Shown: in pieces, positions 47,348 to 57,728 of the stretch
Numbering within the stretch: the stretch's first letter is position 1
How the letters are laid out: every line of letters begins with the position of its first letter
NCBI GenBank assembly: GCA_050287845.1
Contig: JBNKCR010000055.1
Location: 32,001 to 96,000, forward strand
Origin: Polyangia bacterium
Lineage (GTDB): Bacteria; Myxococcota_A; Polyangia; JAAYKL01
DNA: 64,000 bases
Direction: 5' to 3'
The notes under the pieces: model-generated
What the model was told of the DNA's origin: nothing
Seen by the model: only the letters and a program-made list of their open reading frames with translations
The model's database searches: none
Made by a program: the position numbers and the translations under genes

Positions 47348-48663
47348 CGGTACAGACATTCAAAGGTGGCATCCATCCCAGATACAATAAGGACAAAACC
47401 GCAGGGGTGGCAATTGAAGTGCTGGCGGCGCCAAAAGAGATTATTATCCCGCTCTCCCAGCACATCGGTGCACCGGCACGGGCCTGCGTTGAAAAAGGCG
47501 AAGTGGTCAAAAAGGGACAGGTCATCGGTCAGGCGGGCGGATTTGTTTCTGCTCCGGTTCACGCAAGTGTTTCCGGAGAAATAAAAGCGGTGGAACCTCG
47601 CCCTGGGGCCATGGGCATAGATGTAATGAGCGTGGTCATCGAAAACAACGAACAATACGAAGTTCTGGAAACCAAGGGCGTGAGCGAATGGCAGAAGGCC
47701 GATCCGGAAACCTTGAAGAATATCGTTGCCGAAGCCGGGATTGTGGGCATGGGCGGTGCCACATTCCCCACTCATGTCAAGCTTTCACCTCCTCAAGACA
47801 AGCCCATTCAACACGTCATATTAAACGGCGCCGAGTGTGAACCGTACCTGACTGCCGACCACCGGATAATGGTGGAGCACGCAAGTGATGTGGTGAATGG
47901 TTTGCAGATTGTTCTGAAAATCCTGAATGCACGAAATGGAATCATCGGGATTGAGGACAATAAACCCGATGCCATTGCCGCCATGAAAGCCGCTTGTAAC
48001 GGTACAGACATTGAAGTTGTCCCCCTGAAAATCAAGTATCCCCAGGGGGGCGAAAAGCAGCTGATTGATGCCATCCTGAAAAAAGAAGTTCCGTCCGGAG
48101 GACTGCCCATGGATGTGGGCGTGGTGGTGCAGAACGTGGGTACCGCCAGAGCCGTGTTCAACGCGGTGGCCAAAGGAATTCCGCTCCATGAACGGGTGGT
48201 GACGGTAACTGGCAGTGCTGTTCCCAGACCGGGCAATTTCCTCGTTGCGATTGGCACGCCGGTTTCCGTGGTGCTCGATCACTGCGGCGTGGATTTATCA
48301 GCTGCCGGTAAACTGATATTGGGCGGACCCATGATGGGATTTGCGCAGTATTCGGTAGAACCTCCCGTCACGAAGGGTACCAGTGGGATTCTGGTTTTTA
48401 ATCAGACAGACGTGGATGTTGTCCCACCACAGCCATGCATCCGCTGTGGTCGATGTCTCGACGCCTGCCCCATGAGGCTGGTGCCGGCGGACATCGCTGC
48501 GTTCAGCGAAAACAGAATGTACGATAAAGCCGAAGACAATGACGCCATGGACTGCATGGAATGCGGTTCCTGTGCGCACGAATGTCCGTCGCGGATTCCG
48601 CTGGTTCAAAAAATCAGACTGGCAAAGGCAGAAATCATGGCCGCCAGAAGAAAGAAAGGATAA
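47344..48663 (+). CDS. rnfC: Rnf complex subunit C
   Basis: QHIGAP, GIVGMGGATFPTHVK, NGAECEPYLTAD, CIRCGRCLDACP, CMECGSC. Confidence 0.97.
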   Translation: MTVQTFKGGIHPRYNKDKTAGVAIEVLAAPKEIIIPLSQHIGAPARACVEKGEVVKKGQVIGQAGGFVSAPVHASVSGEIKAVEPRPGAMGIDVMSVVIENNEQYEVLETKGVSEWQKADPETLKNIVAEAGIVGMGGATFPTHVKLSPPQDKPIQHVILNGAECEPYLTADHRIMVEHASDVVNGLQIVLKILNARNGIIGIEDNKPDAIAAMKAACNGTDIEVVPLKIKYPQGGEKQLIDAILKKEVPSGGLPMDVGVVVQNVGTARAVFNAVAKGIPLHERVVTVTGSAVPRPGNFLVAIGTPVSVVLDHCGVDLSAAGKLILGGPMMGFAQYSVEPPVTKGTSGILVFNQTDVDVVPPQPCIRCGRCLDACPMRLVPADIAAFSENRMYDKAEDNDAMDCMECGSCAHECPSRIPLVQKIRLAKAEIMAARRKKG

Positions 48664-48676
48664 GGAGGCGCATCTC

Positions 48677-49741
48677 ATGAGCAACCAACTAATTGTCTCC
48701 TCATCTCCTCATGCCCACAGTGGCACCACCACGTCGAAAATCATGTGGACAGTGTTCTTCTCACTGGTTCCCGCGGCCGGATACGCCGTCTATCTGTTTG
48801 GATTGCCTGCGGCGACTGTACTGTTATCCACTATTGTTTTCTGCGTCATATTCGAAGGACTGACCAACTTCATCATGAAGAAGCCCCAGTCTCTGGCAGA
48901 TGGTTCCGCAGCCCTCACCGGACTGATTCTGGCGCTCACGTTGCCCCCGGGACTGCCTATCTGGATTTGTGGCATTGGCGCGTTTGTATCCATTGTGGTG
49001 GCGAAATCCGTATTCGGCGGACTCGGACAGAATCCGTTCAATCCGGCCATGACCGGACGCGTGTTTCTGCTGATTGCGTTTCCAGCCCCGCTTACCCGCT
49101 GGCTGGTTCCCAACGGAACGGGCGACACCCTGTTCAATAAATCGGTCAGTGCATTCGATGCCGCCGGAAATCTGGTGGATGCCACCGCCAGCAATGTGGA
49201 TGCCATCACCGCCGCCACTCCCCTCGGGCTGCTCAGCGAAGAAGGCGCCAAAGCCATTGCGGGCCTGGACACTTCTTCCGCTTTTCTAATGGGAAATATC
49301 AATGGTTCACTGGGTGAAACCTCCGCATTCATTCTTCTGGCCGGCGGGATTTTTCTGCTGGCCAGAAAAATCATCAGTTGGCATATTCCGGTTGCATTCA
49401 TGGCAGCGGTGGCGGTCATCGCAGGACTGACCAACGTGGTAAACCCCGACCAGTACGCCAGCATCTTGTTTCACCTGCTGTCAGGTGGTGTGATTATCGG
49501 CGCATGGTTCATGGCCACCGACTACGTCACCAGCCCCATGTTCCCCAAAGGTAAACTCATTTTTGGTGCGGGATGCGGCATCCTGACGATGGTCATCAGA
49601 CTCTGGGCGGGGTACCCGGAAGGCGTGTCATTTGCAGTACTGCTGATGAATGCCTGTGTCCCCATTATTAACATGTACACCCGACCCAAAAAATTCGGAC
49701 TTCAACGACTGGGGACCCCAGGGGAGGCCGCCAATGCCTGA
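48677..49741 (+). CDS. rnfD: Rnf complex subunit D
   Basis: SSPH, FGGLGQNPFNPA, TAATPL, FMATDYVTSP, YPEGVSFA. Confidence 0.96.
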   Translation: MSNQLIVSSSPHAHSGTTTSKIMWTVFFSLVPAAGYAVYLFGLPAATVLLSTIVFCVIFEGLTNFIMKKPQSLADGSAALTGLILALTLPPGLPIWICGIGAFVSIVVAKSVFGGLGQNPFNPAMTGRVFLLIAFPAPLTRWLVPNGTGDTLFNKSVSAFDAAGNLVDATASNVDAITAATPLGLLSEEGAKAIAGLDTSSAFLMGNINGSLGETSAFILLAGGIFLLARKIISWHIPVAFMAAVAVIAGLTNVVNPDQYASILFHLLSGGVIIGAWFMATDYVTSPMFPKGKLIFGAGCGILTMVIRLWAGYPEGVSFAVLLMNACVPIINMYTRPKKFGLQRLGTPGEAANA

Positions 49742-50372
49742 GTCACTGAAAATGATCCTGGTTCTCACATTGATTTCCGGCGCCGCTGGCCTCGGGTTGT
49801 CGGCAATGAATGACTATACCAAACCCCTTATTGCCGAAAACCAGCGCGACTTTACGCTGGCATCCATCAACCGGGTGATACCCGAATCCGCCAAACCCGA
49901 TCCGTGTGAAACATACGAGCCTGCGTTCGATAACGCACCCGATAAAGATGTGGTATGCATCAACGACATGACTGTGTATCGCGGGCGCAAAGGCAATGAG
50001 GTTGTGGGAATCGCCGTGGTGGCCATTGGCGAAGAAGCGTATTCCGGCACCATCACTGTCCTGGTGGGATTGCGAATGGGCGACGGACAGCTATCGGGAA
50101 TTCAGGTACTGCAGCATGCGGAAACCCCGGGACTCGGGTCGGTCATGACAAAATGCGAATTCCAGCAGCAGATGGTGGGAAACACACCGGATGCCATCAA
50201 GTGGACCGTCGTAAAAGATGGCGGTGATGTCAATCAAATCAGTGGCGCCACCATTTCGTCGCGAAGTCTGCTCAATGCCATCCACAAAGCCCAGGACATC
50301 TGGAAAAACAACCGGGAGGATATCCTGAATCAGGAACCGCTCGCTGAGGGAGAAGTCTGCAATGGCAAGTAA
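49734..50372 (+). CDS. rnfG: Rnf complex subunit G
   Basis: HAETPGLG, ISGATISS FMN-attachment motif. Confidence 0.95.
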   Translation: MPESLKMILVLTLISGAAGLGLSAMNDYTKPLIAENQRDFTLASINRVIPESAKPDPCETYEPAFDNAPDKDVVCINDMTVYRGRKGNEVVGIAVVAIGEEAYSGTITVLVGLRMGDGQLSGIQVLQHAETPGLGSVMTKCEFQQQMVGNTPDAIKWTVVKDGGDVNQISGATISSRSLLNAIHKAQDIWKNNREDILNQEPLAEGEVCNGK

Positions 50373-50997
50373 AGTGTCAACCGCGCAGGAAGTAATCAAA
50401 GGCATGTGGCGAGACAACCCGGTACTGTCTCTGCTTCTTGGATTGTGCCCCACCCTTGCGGTCACCAACTCCGCATACAATGGCATTGGCATGGGAGTCG
50501 CCACCGGATTTGTTCTCATCTGCTCAAACATTCTTGTTTCCATGTTGAAATCAATTATTCCCAGGAGTGTGCGTATTCCGGTGTACATTGTGGTTATCGC
50601 AACGTTCGTGACGGTTGTGGACATGTCGCTGAAAGCCTTCATGTTCGAGCTATCTCAGAGCCTCGGCCTCTTTGTGCCGCTGATCGTGGTGAACTGCGTC
50701 ATCCTGGGACGGGCGGAAGCGTTTGCATCGAAAAACTCGGTTTTCCGTTCATTTCTCGATGCGGTTGGCATGGCCCTCGGGTTCACCCTGGCCCTGTTTG
50801 TTCTTGGTGCCATCCGGGAAATTATCGGTTCCGGCACACTCACACTGTTTCAGATGGGTGACACCGAAATCAAATTCTTTATACTCGGCAGAAGTTATCC
50901 CGGCATCCTCGTCATGATTCTGCCACCGGGCGCATTTCTCACTCTTGGATTCATGATGGCCGCCAAGAACGTAATTCAGAAGCGACTGAACAGCTGA
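50362..50997 (+). CDS. rnfE: Rnf complex subunit E
   Basis: LGLCPTLAVT, PLIVVNCVILGRAEAFA, LPPGAF. Confidence 0.96.
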   Translation: MASKVSTAQEVIKGMWRDNPVLSLLLGLCPTLAVTNSAYNGIGMGVATGFVLICSNILVSMLKSIIPRSVRIPVYIVVIATFVTVVDMSLKAFMFELSQSLGLFVPLIVVNCVILGRAEAFASKNSVFRSFLDAVGMALGFTLALFVLGAIREIIGSGTLTLFQMGDTEIKFFILGRSYPGILVMILPPGAFLTLGFMMAAKNVIQKRLNS

Positions 50998-51121
50998 ATC
51001 CCTTTCTTCACGCCAGATTTAAAAGAATACAGAAAAAATTTCCAGCAGAGCCCCATTGGCCTGCTCTAACTTTGCAGAATAATTCTGATCAATTCGCGAT
51101 TTTTTTGTGAAGAAGGACCAA

Positions 51122-51235
51122 ATGAGGGCATTCTTTAAATACATTCTTCGTCTGGCGCTAGCCGGTCTGCTGTCGCTGATGGTGTTTTCCTGCAGTAACG
51201 GCGGCAACCAGGTCTGCTGCGACGCTGCCCAATAA
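51122..51235 (+). CDS. 37-aa micro-lipoprotein or lipoprotein gene remnant
   Basis: AAGGA RBS; MRAFFKYILRLALAGLLSLMVFSC-SNGGNQVCCDAAQ-stop. Confidence 0.5.
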   Translation: MRAFFKYILRLALAGLLSLMVFSCSNGGNQVCCDAAQ

Positions 51236-51312
51236 AATCGAACCCGCCAGGAACGTACACCTGTATCAGATAGAGTTTGTAAACCATTTCATCAACCTGT
51301 ACACTGTACGCT

Positions 51313-52437
51313 ATGTTTGCAGCGCCCTTCCGCAGAGCATCAAATCTACTCAGACCCGGTCTTACCCTGTTGATTCCTATCCTGATAGTTCTGTTTCCAG
51401 TCGCTGGCACCACATCGGTTCTGGTGATTATTTCCTCTGATGCGGACCAGATACGACACAGCGTTCTGCAGGAATCCATTGATGCACAACTGATGGATTA
51501 TGACGCCAGCTCGGAGTTATATCTCGCGCAGCCTCCCTTCCCCACTGACGAAGGCGCACTGCCAACTGTTCGCCGGCTGGCAGCGCAAACAGGGAGTAAA
51601 GCAGTTCTATGGCTCAGTGAAACCCGATTTTATCTGTATGTGACGGAAGGTGAAGAGAGCCATCTGTTTACGCGGCAGCTTCCGGAAGATACCGGCAGTT
51701 GGGAGGTTCAATGCGATGCCATTGCGTCTACTGTTCAGGCTATGCTGTCCCCCTGGCTCACCTCTTCCTCCCCGGAAGCCCCTCCGGAGTCTGCAGAAAC
51801 CAACGTGCAGCCTCCGGTCAAATCGACAAATCCCACCGACATCACCGGAAGGCCGGACGTTTCCAAACAGAATGATGCGCCACGGACCAGGACGCGTACA
51901 GCAAAACACAAACGACTTCGCATGTCCCGGAGCGAAATATTCACCAACGTGCGACCGGGAATCGGTGCGGCGTTTGACACCTGCCTGATGTCCACCGAAA
52001 ACATGTGGGCCAGTGGAGCGGATGGCACACTGACGCTCCAGCTGGGAAAATACTTTCTGGTCAGCACGGAATCCGGATTCCTTTGGGAAACCACTCAATC
52101 ATTCCGGATGCTGCGCATTCCAGTCAGACTCAGAACCGAGATTCTATGGAAAATCACCTCCTTTTCAATTGGCTTTGGTGTATCTCTCATTTTTGATGTC
52201 GCGCGCGTATCGTCCACGAATCATACGAGAATCAATAATGACAGGAGGGTTTACTTTGGCGCAGGAGGATCCATTTTATTCATGTACGAAGTGAACCCTA
52301 TCTTTTCCATCGTCGCCCGCGGTGGTGTCGATATATATCAGGCGGCCGACAGCTATTGGTTTCAGGATGACCTCATCTTTTATTATGGAGAACTGCAGGG
52401 CAGAACATCTGTCGGAATTATTTTTTGGTTCCGCTAG
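51313..52437 (+). CDS. Secreted protein with Pro-rich linker and probable C-terminal beta-barrel
   Basis: Signal peptide; amphipathic strands ending GIIFWFR; paralog of 1886..2968. Confidence 0.7.
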   Translation: MFAAPFRRASNLLRPGLTLLIPILIVLFPVAGTTSVLVIISSDADQIRHSVLQESIDAQLMDYDASSELYLAQPPFPTDEGALPTVRRLAAQTGSKAVLWLSETRFYLYVTEGEESHLFTRQLPEDTGSWEVQCDAIASTVQAMLSPWLTSSSPEAPPESAETNVQPPVKSTNPTDITGRPDVSKQNDAPRTRTRTAKHKRLRMSRSEIFTNVRPGIGAAFDTCLMSTENMWASGADGTLTLQLGKYFLVSTESGFLWETTQSFRMLRIPVRLRTEILWKITSFSIGFGVSLIFDVARVSSTNHTRINNDRRVYFGAGGSILFMYEVNPIFSIVARGGVDIYQAADSYWFQDDLIFYYGELQGRTSVGIIFWFR

Positions 52438-52498
52438 TTATTTTTTCCCTTTTTACGCCTCAAATTCACTATAGGATGTGAAGGTGTAGGAATTTTTT

Positions 52499-53116
52499 AT
52501 GCATACGGTACAAACAGAAAAACATATTTCGCCGACAGAGATCATGAAAGATGCGGCACTCGTAGAGCGCGCCGTGTCAGGAGATCGTCGGGCCCGAGAA
52601 CGACTCGCGGAAGCCGCATTTAGTCGGGTACGCAAGCTGGTGTATTTGTCATACGGGAGCAGATACGATATTGACGATGTCACCCAAATCGCCATGGTTA
52701 CTGTTTTTCGGGATTTGCCCGGGTTGCGAAACTACGACCGTTTTACCGCATGGATGGATACAGTGGTGTACAATGTTGTTCGAACTCAGGGGCGAAAGCG
52801 GATTCGATTTACCAGCGTATTCGCTGACACGGACCCTTCCCCCGACAGCCGCCACTGGGAAGTTACTCCAGAAGACGAGCAAATCGGATACCAGTTAATA
52901 AATCGCCTGCAGCATCATCTGGAAAAAATCGCATCAAGAAAAAGAACAGCCGCAGTTATGTCCATATTCTTCGGATATGTAGATTCCGAAGTTGCTCACT
53001 TAATGGAATGCAGCGTCGAGACCGCCAAAAAACGAATACAGCATGGCCGGAAAGAACTTCTGGAACGAGTTCGCAAGGATTCGACATGCGGCGATCTCCT
53101 GAAGGAGGGTGTCTGA
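52499..53116 (+). CDS. ECF sigma-70 family RNA polymerase sigma factor
   Basis: DAALVERAVSGDRRA, DDVTQ, FTAWM, SEVAHLMECSVETAKKRIQHGR. Confidence 0.9.
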   Translation: MHTVQTEKHISPTEIMKDAALVERAVSGDRRARERLAEAAFSRVRKLVYLSYGSRYDIDDVTQIAMVTVFRDLPGLRNYDRFTAWMDTVVYNVVRTQGRKRIRFTSVFADTDPSPDSRHWEVTPEDEQIGYQLINRLQHHLEKIASRKRTAAVMSIFFGYVDSEVAHLMECSVETAKKRIQHGRKELLERVRKDSTCGDLLKEGV

Positions 53117-54612
53117 TGTCAAATACTCTATGCCGCTGGGTTTCACAGATGATTACAAAGCCCCCAACGGAATACTTATTGGAACATGAAAAATTGATTG
53201 TGGACGAACACATTGAAGAGTGTATTCACTGCTGGGAATTGCAGCAGATTGCCGCTCAGTCAGTATTGTGGAAATCGTTGAATCCGCCAGAGTTGTCGCC
53301 ATTTGTGGAAAAAACAATCATAACGGCAGCCCTCGAGGGGCGTATGCCGGAAAAAAACCGGGAACCGCTTTTCTCCGGATGGTTACGTCCGGCGCTGGTG
53401 ATTACCGCTGGTACGCTGGCTCTGGCTCTGGTATTTGTCTTTTTGCTGTTGCCGAACAACGGCAAACCCAGTGATAACGAAAAATCAGGGGGCAGTGCGG
53501 CTGTCGCTGTCAGGGACGTCTCATCGAAAACCTATAATCTGCTTCATTTCAAGAAGAACACGCCGGTGAAGCTGATGCGGAGCGACAAGGTATGGGGCAC
53601 CGACAACGCCATTGTAAATCTGGAGGTGCTGTCAGGCCCCCTGACCCGAATCGAATTGATTCAGGGAAAAATCGTCGCTGAAGTGACCAAACGCTCTCCG
53701 GGAGAGAAGTTTGAGGTGGTCGGTCCTGCAGGGGTCGTGGAAGTGGTGGGCACCATTTTTTCAGTTGAAGTGGAGGATATAGGAGTTCAACGGGTGCGCG
53801 TCCTTAGAGGCGTGGTGAACGTTCGCGAAACCGATTCAGGCAAAGTGCAACCGGTTAAAAAAGATCGCACATACACGGTTGGCACTGCCAGACCGGTGCC
53901 CGCTACCATCGCAGAGCTCGACAGCGACCGCGCGCTGATGGAAACAGGTGTCTCCAAAAGTGAAGCCCGGGTTTCCACCAGAGCCGCGACCCACCGTAAA
54001 AAAGATTCCCGTTCCGTTTCTTCGGTATCCCTGGCCAGCAAGGCTATTAATGAAAAGCGACTGATAGAAGCCAAACATCACATTGACGAGGCACGGCAGT
54101 CCTCACCGAAGGATCAGGATGTACCGGAGTTGTATGCCCGGCTGGCCCGGGCGTATCGTCAGCAGAAAAATTATGCGGCTGCTCAGAATATTTATCAGAA
54201 ACTGATGACCGAGTATGCCAGCAGCAACGCCGCAAGGAACGCTATTGTAGCCCTTGGACAGCTGGAACTGAATGCCCTTGACAACGCCCGCGGAGCACTG
54301 GTTCATTTTGATGTATATCTTTCCAGAATGCCCTCGGGTTATCTGGCGGAAGCCGCCTGGGTGGGCAAAGCAAGGTCCCTCGAAAGATTGGGCGAACGAA
54401 ATGCGCTGTTGGAAGCCGCCAATCAGTATCTGAACAAATACCACAATGGATCATTTATGGGAGAAATGCTGCTCTACCGAGGCCAGATCAACGCCGATTC
54501 CGGCAAGTGCGGTCTTGCGAAAAAAGATTACGAAGCTATCATTCAACGATGGCCCGATTCCAGAAAAGCCAAAGACGCCAAACAGGGACTCGTCACATGC
54601 GGCGCCCGTTAG
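53116..54612 (+). CDS. Anti-sigma factor: HxxxCxxC zinc motif, TM helix, FecR-like domain, TPRs
   Basis: HIEECIHC; one TM; VEVVGTIFSV...VRVLRGVVNV; C-terminal TPRs; start overlaps sigma stop. Confidence 0.87.
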   Translation: MSNTLCRWVSQMITKPPTEYLLEHEKLIVDEHIEECIHCWELQQIAAQSVLWKSLNPPELSPFVEKTIITAALEGRMPEKNREPLFSGWLRPALVITAGTLALALVFVFLLLPNNGKPSDNEKSGGSAAVAVRDVSSKTYNLLHFKKNTPVKLMRSDKVWGTDNAIVNLEVLSGPLTRIELIQGKIVAEVTKRSPGEKFEVVGPAGVVEVVGTIFSVEVEDIGVQRVRVLRGVVNVRETDSGKVQPVKKDRTYTVGTARPVPATIAELDSDRALMETGVSKSEARVSTRAATHRKKDSRSVSSVSLASKAINEKRLIEAKHHIDEARQSSPKDQDVPELYARLARAYRQQKNYAAAQNIYQKLMTEYASSNAARNAIVALGQLELNALDNARGALVHFDVYLSRMPSGYLAEAAWVGKARSLERLGERNALLEAANQYLNKYHNGSFMGEMLLYRGQINADSGKCGLAKKDYEAIIQRWPDSRKAKDAKQGLVTCGAR

Positions 54613-55283
54613 CCGTCATATTCAGACTGTTTTTCCTTTCAATTACCGCTCTGCTCGCATTCGGTTGCCAATGGGACGGCGACATCTATCTGGATGTGGA
54701 TGGCATCGATTCCGAGACAACGCCGGATGAAGCAATCCCCACAGATACAGCCACCGGGACGGGGAATGATATCCAAACCGAAGAACTGGACAGTGACACT
54801 GGCAGCACCGAAACAGATTCGGAAACAGATTTTGCTTGGTCCGACACCCTCATGGAATTGCAACCAGTTTATATGAATTATCGATTCTACGACCCCCCGG
54901 ATGATCGCATCTGTGTATTTCTGTTTCCGCAATCACAATTTCCAGATGACGGGAGATTCGTTCGGGCATTGAAAGTGGATTTCTCCAAGGCAGTATACCA
55001 CGAATGTTGGGACGCCATTTTTGATGAGTACTTTGAAGACCTTAATGGCAACTATTATTTCTATCTTCCTCTGGAAGAAGAAAAATTGAAATATGTTGAA
55101 GAAGAAGAAGGAGTTGCTGGGGTTGTTCTGTATCGATATGGCGATTTTTTTACCCCCCCGTCTCCGACCCCTGGAATTGACTACTGGGGATATACGTATT
55201 TCTTTCCCGAAATTTCTGCTGAATACGATCCCCGCTCGTTTTACGTGTATGAGGTGTCTTACCTCGCACCGCCGCCGGGATAG
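54597..55283 (+). CDS. Hypothetical lipoprotein with acidic linker and Tyr/Phe-rich domain
   Basis: Lipobox AFGC; D/T linker; overlaps anti-sigma gene end. Confidence 0.75.
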   Translation: MRRPLAVIFRLFFLSITALLAFGCQWDGDIYLDVDGIDSETTPDEAIPTDTATGTGNDIQTEELDSDTGSTETDSETDFAWSDTLMELQPVYMNYRFYDPPDDRICVFLFPQSQFPDDGRFVRALKVDFSKAVYHECWDAIFDEYFEDLNGNYYFYLPLEEEKLKYVEEEEGVAGVVLYRYGDFFTPPSPTPGIDYWGYTYFFPEISAEYDPRSFYVYEVSYLAPPPG

Positions 55284-55351
55284 TAGTGATGACAACGAAT
55301 TTTATGACCACTGACTGTTATTGTGACAACGACTCGGCGAAATAACGGGCG

Positions 55352-56707
55352 TCAGATACGTTCAGACTTCCATAAATACTTACGGACCCAATATACAGAT
55401 AAAAGCAGGGCTCCGGTGCCGCCGGCAATAAATGACAACCACACGGCGTGAATCCCCGCCCCAAAGACGAAAACGGCCACATAGGCCCCGAGCGCGCCAA
55501 TCATCACCACGCGAACCAGGGTAATAATCAGACTGGGCCAGCCGTACCCCAACCCCTGCAGAATGCGTCCGGTGGTCATCCCCACTGCCATCAGCGGATA
55601 GGCAAAAACTGCATAGCCCAGATACTGGCGTCCAATCCGCAATGCAGTGTCATCGTTGACAAACATGCTCACCACATCGTGGGAAAACAGATAAATTGTG
55701 CCCCCGATACCAATGGACACCGCTACGGCCCACCCATAGGCATACAGCGTAGTGGAACGCACAAGGTCCGGACGATCGGCGCCGGAAAACATGCCCACCA
55801 GCGTCATAGTGGCGGATGCAATGCCAAGGACTGGCAACGCCACCACCATGTCCACCCGGTTCCCGGCCACATACCCGGCCACTGCCATCTGGCCGAACGA
55901 CGAGAGAATCTTGTTCACAAACACCATCCCCACGGCCATCACCAGTTGTCCCACGGTGGCAGGCAAGCCAATGTTCACAATCGCCCAAATCAGCTTTTTG
56001 TCTGGGAACATATTGACGATTCTGTATCGGGATGAAATTCTCTTTCGGACAAAAACCACATAGCAGAGGGTCAACACCGCGAAGCTGTGAGCGCAGATGG
56101 TGGCCACAGATGCTCCCCGAATACCCATATCGAGGACAAACATGAACAGGGGATCGAGTATCAGGTTCAGCAATGTGGACATGCCCAGTATATACATGGG
56201 GGTACGGGCGTCTCCTTCACCGTTTATCACCGAGCGCAACGCCGTGGAGAAGAAAAAAAACGGCATCCCCAACCACAGCGGAAACATGTAGTCCCAGGCG
56301 AATTCAGCCGTTTTTCCGGATGCGCCCAACACGTGAATGAGCTGGGGACCAAACAGCAGCCCAACGCCTGTGAACACCAGCCCGGTGATCACCGAAAGCA
56401 CCAGACCGTTACTCGCCAGCAAATCCATGCGTCCCTGGTCGCGGGCGCCGTATGCTTTGGCCACACAGGCGGTAATCCCCGTGGAAAGTCCATTGGTAAA
56501 AGCGATGGCCGCGAAGAAGAGTCCACCAATATACCCGGACGCAGCCAGCGCTTCAGCTCCCAGCTTACCGACGAAAATCGAATCCACGATGGAGTAAAAC
56601 GCGTGAACGGTGAATCCCAGCATCATGGGAGCTGCGATGGTCCACAACGCTCTGCGCGGTTTGTCAAGAAAGCGGTCCAGCCGGTCTCCCGGATACTTGT
56701 TTTTCAT
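55352..56707 (-). CDS. MATE family efflux transporter
   Basis: VDSIFVGKLG, GEGDARTPM, NLILDPLF, MGIRGASVAT. Confidence 0.93.
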   Translation of the reverse strand: MKNKYPGDRLDRFLDKPRRALWTIAAPMMLGFTVHAFYSIVDSIFVGKLGAEALAASGYIGGLFFAAIAFTNGLSTGITACVAKAYGARDQGRMDLLASNGLVLSVITGLVFTGVGLLFGPQLIHVLGASGKTAEFAWDYMFPLWLGMPFFFFSTALRSVINGEGDARTPMYILGMSTLLNLILDPLFMFVLDMGIRGASVATICAHSFAVLTLCYVVFVRKRISSRYRIVNMFPDKKLIWAIVNIGLPATVGQLVMAVGMVFVNKILSSFGQMAVAGYVAGNRVDMVVALPVLGIASATMTLVGMFSGADRPDLVRSTTLYAYGWAVAVSIGIGGTIYLFSHDVVSMFVNDDTALRIGRQYLGYAVFAYPLMAVGMTTGRILQGLGYGWPSLIITLVRVVMIGALGAYVAVFVFGAGIHAVWLSFIAGGTGALLLSVYWVRKYLWKSERI

Positions 56708-56736
56708 AAAGCGAGGTTCCTGCCTGTGGCTATGTG

Positions 56737-57705
56737 CTATCGCCGCTTTCGCCGCTTTCTTCTGGACACATCATCCAGGGCGTTGGCATCTGACGGAGAT
56801 GGTATATTCGGTTCTACTGATTGTGTTTTTACAAGATTGTGTTTTTTGGAAAGCGACTCGAAACGATTCCGCGCCAGCTCTGCAAAAATGCAGCGATCTT
56901 CCTTACCCTTCCGGATTGCTTTTCCATAGGACGCCAGTGCTTCAGGGATTTTACCCCGTTGTTCCCGCAAAAGTCCCCGCACCAAATGAATCCAAACGTT
57001 CACAAACGGCTGTGTGCTGTCCGCTTCCCCCGACAATTCGTCCGGTTTTCGCCGGTGCGCCAACTGTAATTCTATTTGTGTCAGCTGACACATCATCGCA
57101 GTGTCGCCGCCCGAATCCATTGTGGCGGCTTCTTCAAGGAGAGCGCCGGTCTCCGGCCCGGTTTTCCCCTGAGCCAGTTTCGCCCGGGCTACCATCACCA
57201 GTACTTCAGGCAGTCGCGTAACGCCGTGCTTCAGCATCTGCATGCCAACGGTCTCCGCTGCAGCCACATCGCCAGTAACCAGCAACGACTTCACATATGC
57301 GGCCTGCAACGCCGGCAACTCTGTCTTCGGAGCAAAAGGTATCGCATTGGACAAACATTCTATCGCCTCTTCAAACCGCCCAAGCTGCGTCAGCGCAAGG
57401 CCCAGCTTCGCATCCACGGGAGCGCTGGCGCCAAACAGGGAAAGCAGCACCTGTCGGGATGCATAAGAAGGTACCTCAGCGGCTTTTCCCGTGGCCAGCA
57501 TCATCAGTGCCTTTTTGTGAAACCGTTGCTCCAACCGGGCGATTACCCGCGGCAAAAAGAAAAACAGAAATATCATTGCGGCAACGGCGGGCACCACTAC
57601 CCACTTCTGTCCAAGGCGCCAGAATACAAATAGCAATCCAATGGTTACGACCTGCGCCACCCCCCCTGCCAGTGACATTTTTTTTCTGTACCTGTTGTCA
57701 GTCAT
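56737..57705 (-). CDS. Membrane-anchored TPR protein
   Basis: Two N-terminal TM helices, TPR-like helices (LGLALTQLGRFEEA), basic tail. Confidence 0.75.
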   Translation of the reverse strand: MTDNRYRKKMSLAGGVAQVVTIGLLFVFWRLGQKWVVVPAVAAMIFLFFFLPRVIARLEQRFHKKALMMLATGKAAEVPSYASRQVLLSLFGASAPVDAKLGLALTQLGRFEEAIECLSNAIPFAPKTELPALQAAYVKSLLVTGDVAAAETVGMQMLKHGVTRLPEVLVMVARAKLAQGKTGPETGALLEEAATMDSGGDTAMMCQLTQIELQLAHRRKPDELSGEADSTQPFVNVWIHLVRGLLREQRGKIPEALASYGKAIRKGKEDRCIFAELARNRFESLSKKHNLVKTQSVEPNIPSPSDANALDDVSRRKRRKRR

Positions 57706-57728
57706 TGTCCACTTTCACCGAATCATGG

